Assembly: GCA_040394885.1 (NCBI GenBank)
Contig: JBEBRK010000011.1
Coordinates: 9,549-73,548 of the forward strand
Source: Gemmatimonas phototrophica
GTDB lineage: Bacteria > Gemmatimonadota > Gemmatimonadetes > Gemmatimonadales > Gemmatimonadaceae
Reading direction: 5' to 3'
Length of the DNA stretch: 64,000 nt
Below, one piece after another: positions 45,301 to 51,497 of this stretch. The notes under the pieces are model-generated. The model saw only the letters and a list, made by a program, of their open reading frames with translations, was not told the origin of the DNA and ran no database searches. Numbering within the stretch: the first letter of the stretch is position 1; the number at the start of each line of letters is the position of its first letter. A program made the position numbers and the translations under genes.

Positions 45301-46548
45301 GAGTTTTCCCATCTCAGGGAAGAGCTTCGCGAATTCCTCAGCAAGTCGCTACCATCATTTATGGTTCCGGCGACATTTGTACCTCTTGGCAGCTTTCCAT
45401 TAACACCAAATGGAAAGGTTGATCGTAAGGCGCTTCCAGCTCCAGCATCCGATAATAAGGTTCATGGCGGCGATGAAGATCAGGCCCCGCAGTCTGAGTT
45501 AGAACGCAAATTGATTCAGATCTGGGAAAAGGTACTTGGAGTCAAGAACATTGGTCGTAACGACAACTTTTTCGATCTTGGAGGCAATTCGCTGCTGGGG
45601 ATACGCTTACTCTCTGGGATAGAGCGGGCATTAAATATCCGCGTGCCGGTAGCAGTGATATTCCAAGGCCAGACAGTTGCTGCCATGGCCATAACATTAG
45701 CAGATAACAACGAGATCGATCTCCATCTCCGTGCTGTTGCAGTTCAACCTCATGGAGATCTTCCGCCTCTCTTCTTTATTCCAGGAGTAAACGGAAATGT
45801 TATCGGCTACGAAGAGTTCGCAACTGGACTTGGACAGGATCGTCCTCTGTATGGCCTCCGGTCTGTCGGACTTGAAGGAGAGAGCGATCCATTAAATGAT
45901 CTTCCATCTATTGCCAGACACTTTGTAGCAGACGTTAAAAAGGTACAGCCACAAGGGCCTTACAACTTTGTTGGATTCTGTATCGGCGGGATAGTTGCTT
46001 TTGAAATGGCCCAGCAATTAAAAGCCGAGGGCGAAGAGGTGGAATTTCTGGGACTGATCGACACCTGGCCGCAGGACATGGTGCCTGTCCCAAAAGCCGC
46101 TTCGGAAACCGGGCAGCAGTTTTTATATCTGGCCGATGCTTTGAAGCGCAACATCAAAGAATTTTCTGCTATACCCAAAGGAAAAAGACTCAACTATATC
46201 AGACAAAAGCTTGGAGCAGCCACCGACATGGCTACAAAGCTTGATGTTTATAGAGGCGATGATGGTGAACGTCTGCAGGATCTTATAATTGCATCCAACC
46301 AGATCGCAGCCTCAACCTATATTGCATCCAAATACGATGGTCCGCTCAGTTTATTTATTACCCTTGGTGATTTAGAGGGACCTGACTCGAGTGACCCGCG
46401 TCTGTACTGGAAAGCCTTCGGAAACGAGGCAATATCATCTGTAATGTGGATCCCAGGCATAGACTCCGGTTCACTACTAAAGAATCCATACTTACCTGGA
46501 TTGTTGAAAGCACTAAAAACCACCCTAGAAGAAAGGAACAGAATTTGA
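42361..46548 (+). CDS. NRPS termination module: TubC_N-type docking domain, C, A, PCP and TE-like domain
   Basis: Docking: FIARLNGLDIRLTRKGDKLSVNAPDGAMTPELRAEI. C-domain motifs: SFAQQRLWF, HHIISDAWS, YLDFA and IGIFINTIIVR. A-domain cores: YVIYTSGSTGKPKGV, YGPTE, YRTGDQ, GRLDNQVKVRGYRIELGEIE and PNGKVD. PCP: FFDLGGNSLLGIRL. The TE region contains GFCIGG. The TTG start overlaps the PKS stop as TTGA. Confidence 0.9.
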   Translation: MTTAQFIARLNGLDIRLTRKGDKLSVNAPDGAMTPELRAEIADRRDQLLAYLGTGTDFVLTQSPDPTEGPLSFAQQRLWFLYRLNPRDVSYNLAVSAVVPESLSNEELESRISALVRDNHSLRTIFPERDGIPFQRVIEAEPHLYIRDVDVASDDIARQREIQYEIMRQPFKLEAEVSVRFELLRLRDGTRILLIPIHHIISDAWSLGILIDRLIDGSSSSSSSKFQYLDFANSEQAWFASHDQQDHANYWNEIIKGPIPALELPTKPVSSSLTDVVGDSYQFKLSAEVSDRLRSLARQNGVTLYSVLLGIFKVVLHRYSGQQDILVGSPVTNRYSVELEDMIGIFINTIIVRTKFDGETPFASVAKQIHNSMLESFEHKDYPFEKVVELARHNKFPSNASLFRTGFILNNTPSGGKHQDFTGGSIFDLSLYMEDAKDGLLGTLEYNVNLFELGTIERFAGHYSTLARAIANQFDAKINSLEILSDAESAQLDSWNETAREYPKDVTTAQLIERQAIERANSTAVVSKSKQLTYNELNRRANQLARHLLENGVSRGSLVGVCLDRDAAMLVSVLAVWKAGAAYVPLDPTYPQDRLVYMAEDARLAAIISESKFESLSNTIASAPQATVVLVDKESEVIKSRSDENQSLELSATDVAYVIYTSGSTGKPKGVLIEHRSLVNLLYSIKEQPGFVESDIIFSVTTLSFDIAGLELYLPLISGAKVVISSRQTLADPRALAREIKASGTTFIQATPAMWRFLLDSGWKDGEGLRILCGGEALPRSLANAILATGAELWNVYGPTETTIWSTSVLVEKSDSPVSIGRPLANTQVYVLDENSNRLPIGIPGELYIAGDGVSRGYLNRPDLTSERFVEDVFGSKKASTIDEGTAIDDGAAQTRKMYRTGDQVRMNPDGQLEYIGRLDNQVKVRGYRIELGEIEAVLVKHPEIQQAVVVAREDTPGDQRLVAYIIGSNRELQNTADPGEFSHLREELREFLSKSLPSFMVPATFVPLGSFPLTPNGKVDRKALPAPASDNKVHGGDEDQAPQSELERKLIQIWEKVLGVKNIGRNDNFFDLGGNSLLGIRLLSGIERALNIRVPVAVIFQGQTVAAMAITLADNNEIDLHLRAVAVQPHGDLPPLFFIPGVNGNVIGYEEFATGLGQDRPLYGLRSVGLEGESDPLNDLPSIARHFVADVKKVQPQGPYNFVGFCIGGIVAFEMAQQLKAEGEEVEFLGLIDTWPQDMVPVPKAASETGQQFLYLADALKRNIKEFSAIPKGKRLNYIRQKLGAATDMATKLDVYRGDDGERLQDLIIASNQIAASTYIASKYDGPLSLFITLGDLEGPDSSDPRLYWKAFGNEAISSVMWIPGIDSGSLLKNPYLPGLLKALKTTLEERNRI

Positions 46549-48668
46549 AAAGGTTATTTCTTTGCACCCTTGCAACATCTATAATTGCCTGCGATTCGGG
46601 GAATAATGATTTGAAATCAAATCCATTGATGGCAGACTGGACCGGCCCTTACGGCGGAGTTCCAGCATTTGACAAGATCGAAGTAAAGCATTTTGAGCCA
46701 GCCATCGAAGCTGCTATGGCAAACCAGTTAGCAGAAGTAGACTCTATTGCGAATCAGACCGAGCCAGCAACGTTCGAAAACACAATTGCTGCAATGGAAC
46801 GCTCTGGTCAGCTATTGGACAGAGTCATGTCTGCATACGGATTATGGTCTGGCAACTTTGCCACCCCTGAATTCCAGGAGGTGCAGACAAGAGTCAGTCC
46901 ACAGCTGGCAGCACATAGCGACAAAATAGTTCAAAATGCCCCTCTTTATGCACGCATAAAGTCGGTATATGAAAACAGGGACTCATTAACACCTGAACAA
47001 CAGCGCCTCACATGGGTCTACTGGAATATGTTCCGTAGAGCCGGGGCGGAATTGGATTCAGCCCAGAAATCGCGTGTGGCCGAAATCAATGGTGAGCTCG
47101 CAAAGTTATTCACAAAGTTCAATCAGAATCTGCTGGCCGATGAAGACACATACATTGTTCTGAACAGCTCCGAGCTGGAAGGTCTTCCAGAATCATTTCT
47201 CTCAGGAGCAGCCAGTTCAGCAAAAGAGCGCAAGGTTGAAGGTCATATCGTTGTAAACACTCGTTCCAGCGTAGATCCCTTCCTTACATACGCTACAAAT
47301 CGTACTGCAAGAGAAAAGGTCTGGAAAGCATTTGTTAACCGTGGGGACAACAACAACGAAACCGATAACAAAGCTATCATAACACAGATTCTGTCACTCA
47401 GAGCAGAGCGCGCTCAGCTTCTTGGCTACCCAACTCATGCACACTGGCGAGTTGAAGATGCGGTTGCGAAGACCCCTGAAAACGCGATGAATCTCATGGA
47501 ACAGGTCTGGCCAGCAGCAGTTGCTCGCGTAAATGAAGAAGTCGCAGAACAGCAGGCAATCGCAGACTCCGAAGGTGCAAATATTACCATCGAGCCATGG
47601 GATTACCGCTTCTACATGGAAAAGGTTCGCAAAGCCAAGTTCGATCTGGATCAGAATGAAATCAAGCCTTATCTGCAGCTCGATAAGTTACGCGATGGAA
47701 TGTTCTGGGTTGCAGGTCAACTGTTCGGTTTCCAGTTCTCACAGGTTAGTGACGTTCCAGTCCCACACCCTGACTTCCAGGTCTGGGAGGTCAAAGGTGA
47801 GGATGGCAAGCATGTAGGGCTCTTCTATTTTGATCCATATGCCCGCCAGGGCAAGCGTTCAGGCGCATGGATGACCGCCTACCGTACGCAGCAGAAGATG
47901 GACAAGGATGTTACAACTATAGTTTCGAACAACTCTAACTTCGTTAAAGCCGAAGCTGGAAAGCCAATCCTGATTTCCTGGGATGATGCCACAACACTAT
48001 TCCATGAATTCGGCCATGCATTACATGGACTTAACTCAAACGTTGTTTATCCATCACTATCCGGAACATCGGTAGCGCGCGATTATGTAGAGTTTCCAAG
48101 CCAGCTGTTAGAGCGCTGGTTAGCAACACCGGAAGTTCTTAATAAGTTTGCAGTCAACGAAGCAGGCGAGCCAATCCCTGCAGAGTTAGTTGAAAAGATC
48201 AAAAAGGCAGCAACCTTCAATCAGGGTTTCTCCACTGTTGAATATCTCTCAAGTGCACTTATCGATATGAAGCTGCACCTTGCCGGCGCAGCAAAAATTT
48301 CTCCAGACACATTTGAGAAGAACACGCTGGATGCTCTTGGAATGCCATCGCAGCTGGTTATGCGCCATCGCACACCACAGTTTGCACATATCTTCTCAAG
48401 CGACAGCTACTCTGCGGGTTACTATAGCTACCTGTGGGCCGATGCAATTACAGCCGATGCAGCTGAAGCGTTTACAACTTCACCTGGGGGATATTACGAC
48501 AGCACCGTTGCCAGAAAGTTGAAGGAGAATATTCTTTCAGTTGGAAACACTGTGGATCCAGCAACAGCGTATCGCAACTTCCGTCAGCGTGATCCTGATA
48601 TTGGCGCACTGATGAGAGCAAGAGGCTTCCCTGCATCAAAAACATATAAGCCTTTGAAAGCCAACTAA
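46545..48668 (+). CDS. dcp: Peptidyl-dipeptidase Dcp (M3 family), predicted lipoprotein
   Basis: HEFGHALHG zinc motif, with EFPSQLLE downstream. The in-frame TTG at 46545 overlaps the NRPS stop as TTGA and gives MKRLFLCTLATSIIAC, a lipobox-like signal. Confidence 0.85.
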   Translation: MKRLFLCTLATSIIACDSGNNDLKSNPLMADWTGPYGGVPAFDKIEVKHFEPAIEAAMANQLAEVDSIANQTEPATFENTIAAMERSGQLLDRVMSAYGLWSGNFATPEFQEVQTRVSPQLAAHSDKIVQNAPLYARIKSVYENRDSLTPEQQRLTWVYWNMFRRAGAELDSAQKSRVAEINGELAKLFTKFNQNLLADEDTYIVLNSSELEGLPESFLSGAASSAKERKVEGHIVVNTRSSVDPFLTYATNRTAREKVWKAFVNRGDNNNETDNKAIITQILSLRAERAQLLGYPTHAHWRVEDAVAKTPENAMNLMEQVWPAAVARVNEEVAEQQAIADSEGANITIEPWDYRFYMEKVRKAKFDLDQNEIKPYLQLDKLRDGMFWVAGQLFGFQFSQVSDVPVPHPDFQVWEVKGEDGKHVGLFYFDPYARQGKRSGAWMTAYRTQQKMDKDVTTIVSNNSNFVKAEAGKPILISWDDATTLFHEFGHALHGLNSNVVYPSLSGTSVARDYVEFPSQLLERWLATPEVLNKFAVNEAGEPIPAELVEKIKKAATFNQGFSTVEYLSSALIDMKLHLAGAAKISPDTFEKNTLDALGMPSQLVMRHRTPQFAHIFSSDSYSAGYYSYLWADAITADAAEAFTTSPGGYYDSTVARKLKENILSVGNTVDPATAYRNFRQRDPDIGALMRARGFPASKTYKPLKAN

Positions 48669-48709
48669 GCTGGCAAAATAGTCTTATAGCAGTAGACGTT
48701 TTATACAGT

Positions 48710-48741
48710 TGCTGGCTCTAAGAAATATTTTGGAGCCAGCA
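48710..48741 (+). terminator. Hairpin downstream of dcp (possible terminator)
   Basis: TGCTGGCTC ... GAGCCAGCA stem. No clean U-tract follows it. Confidence 0.35.
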
Positions 48742-48768
48742 TATCTATTAAGAAGAAGAAGAAAGTTT

Positions 48769-48820
48769 AAAGTGACCTCCAAAAGCCGGACATTGCGTCC
48801 ATACTTTTGGAGGTCACTTT
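48769..48820. repeat. Conserved extragenic hairpin element, copy 2
   Basis: AAAGTGACCTCCAAAAG / CTTTTGGAGGTCACTTT stem with the same GGACATTGCGTCC core as copy 1. It ends 3 nt from the sufE-like stop. Confidence 0.85.
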
Positions 48821-48823
48821 GTA

Positions 48824-49282
48824 TTATGCCATTGCCTCTTTTGCATATCGCTTGAGACGCGTCAACATTGCATTCAATCCCGTTTCACGGGTGTGCAAAC
48901 CAATACCGTCCATTAAAACTCTGACAAAGTCTTGTGGAATTGCTAATGTTACTTCGGGTGGTTGATCGTTAACAGCTGAAAAGATAATCGCCAGTAATGC
49001 AGCAATAGTTGGAGACTGTCTGACATTCACATCTGCATAGAAGTGCACCTTCCCATCCATGTATTGTGGGAATATGTCCACTCTGGTCTGGCACTCAGGG
49101 ATCGTGTAATTCGTGCGATCAATCGCCACAAACTTCTCTGGCAACGGCTCCAGCTTCTTGGAATATGACACCAGAGCCTGCATCTTCTCATCGCGCCCCA
49201 TAGCCTGAAATCTGCGCAGAACCTTGGATATAGACTCCGGAATTCCAGCCATCTCATCTGCTGAGTTTGAAATTTCGCTCAT
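48824..49282 (-). CDS. sufE: SufE-like cysteine desulfuration / Fe-S assembly accessory protein
   Basis: The 152-aa length and the Cys motif IPECQTRVDIF fit the SufE family, as does the ending GLNAMLTRLKRYA. Confidence 0.75.
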   Translation of the reverse strand: MSEISNSADEMAGIPESISKVLRRFQAMGRDEKMQALVSYSKKLEPLPEKFVAIDRTNYTIPECQTRVDIFPQYMDGKVHFYADVNVRQSPTIAALLAIIFSAVNDQPPEVTLAIPQDFVRVLMDGIGLHTRETGLNAMLTRLKRYAKEAMA

Positions 49283-49372
49283 ATTGAAAGATCGCCTCTA
49301 TGACATGACTATGTCAAACTATACCAAACTATGCCCCTTGCGAAGCTTGAGGCCACCGCATAGCTTAATCTT

Positions 49373-49456
49373 ATGATCGCACACGCCACAACATTCAGCT
49401 TTTATTTTAGCAGCTTTTGGGGAAGCCCCGGAGGCTGGTGTTTTGCGTGTGCTTAA
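49373..49456 (+). CDS. Aromatic-amino-acid-rich leader peptide (27 aa), MIAHATTFSFYFSSFWGSPGGWCFACA
   Basis: Hand translation from the ATG at 49373 to the TAA at 49454-49456. The peptide contains 5 Phe, 1 Tyr and 2 Trp codons. It overlaps the 5' arm of an antiterminator helix upstream of a DAHP synthase gene. Confidence 0.6.
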   Translation: MIAHATTFSFYFSSFWGSPGGWCFACA

Positions 49457-49503
49457 GAATCAAAGTTAGTAAATAAGCCAAACCGACACCCTACAGCCTC
49501 CGG
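49428..49503 (+). promoter_or_regulatory. Putative antiterminator helix of the aro leader
   Basis: CCGGAGGCTG (49428-49437) is the exact reverse complement of CAGCCTCCGG (49494-49503). The latter contains the 5' arm of the terminator. Confidence 0.55.
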
Positions 49504-49529
49504 AATTCAACCGGGGGCTTTTTTGTTTT
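49496..49529 (+). terminator. Rho-independent terminator (attenuator) upstream of the DAHP synthase gene
   Basis: GCCTCCGG-aattcaa-CCGGGGGC forms 8 bp with one G:U pair. It is followed by TTTTTTGTTTT. Confidence 0.7.
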
Positions 49530-49549
49530 CCATATCATCCACACCCCAA

Positions 49550-50452
49550 ATGCTCACATTACCACAATCATCACCTAACGCTATAGAGGGCCTTCTAGAT
49601 CGAAGGCCGATAAGCACGGCCTACCCGTTAGCATCTCACATCCATTCTGGCTCCAGAAAAACTACTCCAGTCCAGATTACACCAACCCTGTCTATCGGCG
49701 GCGATAAGGTTGTCATGATCGCGGGCCCATGCTCAATAGAATCTGAGGCTATGGCACAGGAGTGTGCATCAACACTCGCGAAGATGGGCATCGATATGTT
49801 ACGTGGTGGCGCATATAAACCGCGAACATCTCCATACGATTTCCAAGGGCTGGGACGCAATGGAATCGAGATACTTGAATCGGTGCGCAGCTCTACAAAT
49901 ATCCCGGTTGTGACAGAAGTGATGGACGTCAGACTAGTTAATGACGTAGCTCAAAAAGTAGATATGATTCAGGTTGGAGCCCGCAATATGCAAAACTATC
50001 CATTGCTTATGGAGCTGGGCTTATGTGGTAAGCCAGTATTACTCAAACGTGGACATTCAGCTCGCATTCAGGAACTTATACTTGCAGCTGAATACATCAT
50101 GAAGCATGGTAATAACTCTGTTGTCCTATGCGAACGTGGCATTCGTACCTTTGAAAATGCAACGAGAAACACATTGGATGTATCTGCAATACCAGTATTA
50201 AAGGCTGAAACCCACCTCCCTGTCATTGTTGATCCAAGCCACGCAGCAGGAAATAACTCATACGTCACACCTCTGGCAAATGCCGCTATCGCTGCTGGCG
50301 CAGACGGACTGATTGTAGAAGTGCACCCGGATCCAGCATCAGCACTTTCGGATGCCGATCAACAGTTAAACTACAACGAATTCTCAGTATTGATGCGCCG
50401 GATTGCCATGATAGCAGTTGCATGCGGAAGAACAGTCAACTGGCAACTATAA
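49550..50452 (+). CDS. aroF: 3-deoxy-7-phosphoheptulonate (DAHP) synthase, type I-beta, without a recognisable regulatory domain
   Basis: Contains MIAGPCSIES, LRGGAYKPRTSPYDFQG, KRG and VDPSH motifs. The ATG at 49550 is preferred because the listed TTG at 49523 sits inside the terminator U-tract. Confidence 0.85.
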   Translation: MLTLPQSSPNAIEGLLDRRPISTAYPLASHIHSGSRKTTPVQITPTLSIGGDKVVMIAGPCSIESEAMAQECASTLAKMGIDMLRGGAYKPRTSPYDFQGLGRNGIEILESVRSSTNIPVVTEVMDVRLVNDVAQKVDMIQVGARNMQNYPLLMELGLCGKPVLLKRGHSARIQELILAAEYIMKHGNNSVVLCERGIRTFENATRNTLDVSAIPVLKAETHLPVIVDPSHAAGNNSYVTPLANAAIAAGADGLIVEVHPDPASALSDADQQLNYNEFSVLMRRIAMIAVACGRTVNWQL

Positions 50453-50453
50453 C

Positions 50454-51497
50454 ATGACCATACTTGTCGGATACCAGGGAGAGATCGGTTGCTACAGTGA
50501 AGAAGCCGCCATTCAGTATTGGGGCGGCAATATAAAACTGACACCACACAAAACGTTTGAAGATGTGCTGTCTTCGCTGGTACATGGTGATATAAGCCAT
50601 GCAATTCTCCCAATTTACAATTCCATAATCGGACCAATTGCGGCTTGCCATCAAGCCATGGAAAATTATTTGGGCAGCTCTGAAAGAATTGACAGCCTGC
50701 CCAAAATATCTATCCCTGTAAAACATGCTCTACTCTGTCACAAAGACTCACCTTTACAGGAAGACGACCTTTCCCTGATTTCCAGAATAATCTCACACCC
50801 AGCAGCTCTGTTGCAGTGCAGCGACTTTATCACTTCCCTTCAGAAAAAATACACTTCCAAAGATAAGTCTCCCACTGTTATAGAATTCTATGATACGGCT
50901 GGTGCAGCGCGCTTTATTCAGGATAAAGTGTGGGATGTTGCCATCGCCAGCGAAAGGTGCGCGGAAGTATATGGCCTTAGAATTATAAGAAGATGCATAC
51001 AGGACAGAACAGACAACTTCACCAAGTTCGCCATACTTGAGCGATCAGATATTGCAGATATCTCTGAGATTACCGACCATACTCTTATAGGAATCCGTGG
51101 CGCTATAACAATCGACGAAGATACGGATCAGGCAATATCCACAGCTACTACAGAGCTTCTTAGCTCGATACTGGAGTCAAACAATCTATCCAAGTCGGAC
51201 ATTATAAGTGCAGTGTTCACCGCAACCTCTGATATTCGTGCTGCATTTCCAGCTAAACATGCCAGAGAAATTGGATGGAACACAGTTCCTATGTTATGTG
51301 CAACCGAAATGGAGGTTAATGGAGCGCTCCCAATGTGCATTCGAGTATTGCTCCATGTAAGAAAACCCTCACACCACGAGACAGTTCATCATATCTATCT
51401 TCGCGGTGCAAGGGTCTTACGTCCTGATATTTCCTACAGTGCAGACAACTATATACTCCCTAAAGCAGACTTAAGATCTTCTATAATATCGCTATAG
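50454..51497 (+). CDS. pheA: Prephenate dehydratase fused to a C-terminal AroH-class chorismate mutase
   Basis: PDT region: VGYQGEIGCYSEEAA ... DNFTKFAIL. C-terminal region: IRGAITIDEDTDQAI ... FPAKHAREIGW ... CIRVLLHV ... HIYLRGARVLRPDIS, which closely parallels B. subtilis AroH. The ATG lies 1 nt after the aroF stop. Confidence 0.8.
   Translation: MTILVGYQGEIGCYSEEAAIQYWGGNIKLTPHKTFEDVLSSLVHGDISHAILPIYNSIIGPIAACHQAMENYLGSSERIDSLPKISIPVKHALLCHKDSPLQEDDLSLISRIISHPAALLQCSDFITSLQKKYTSKDKSPTVIEFYDTAGAARFIQDKVWDVAIASERCAEVYGLRIIRRCIQDRTDNFTKFAILERSDIADISEITDHTLIGIRGAITIDEDTDQAISTATTELLSSILESNNLSKSDIISAVFTATSDIRAAFPAKHAREIGWNTVPMLCATEMEVNGALPMCIRVLLHVRKPSHHETVHHIYLRGARVLRPDISYSADNYILPKADLRSSIISL

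Noticed and set aside
46446-46544. A 33-codon N-terminal extension of dcp is listed inside the NRPS TE-coding region.
   Set aside because: The extension has no signal-peptide character. The in-frame TTG at 46545 produces a canonical lipoprotein signal and a TTGA stop/start overlap.
51449-51497. Convergent 3'-3' coding overlaps were considered as signs of mis-called ends. One is 49 nt, between the PDT-CM gene and the PLP enzyme gene. The other is 65 nt, at 23182-23246, between the zinc-ribbon ORF and the ABC permease gene.
   Set aside because: In both pairs the conserved C-terminal motifs of the well-supported genes are complete: RPDIS for AroH and GVEH..DL..AL for the PLP enzyme. The stops are unambiguous. 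The overlaps involve only non-conserved tails and seem real but unremarkable. The zinc-ribbon ORF itself remains of moderate confidence.
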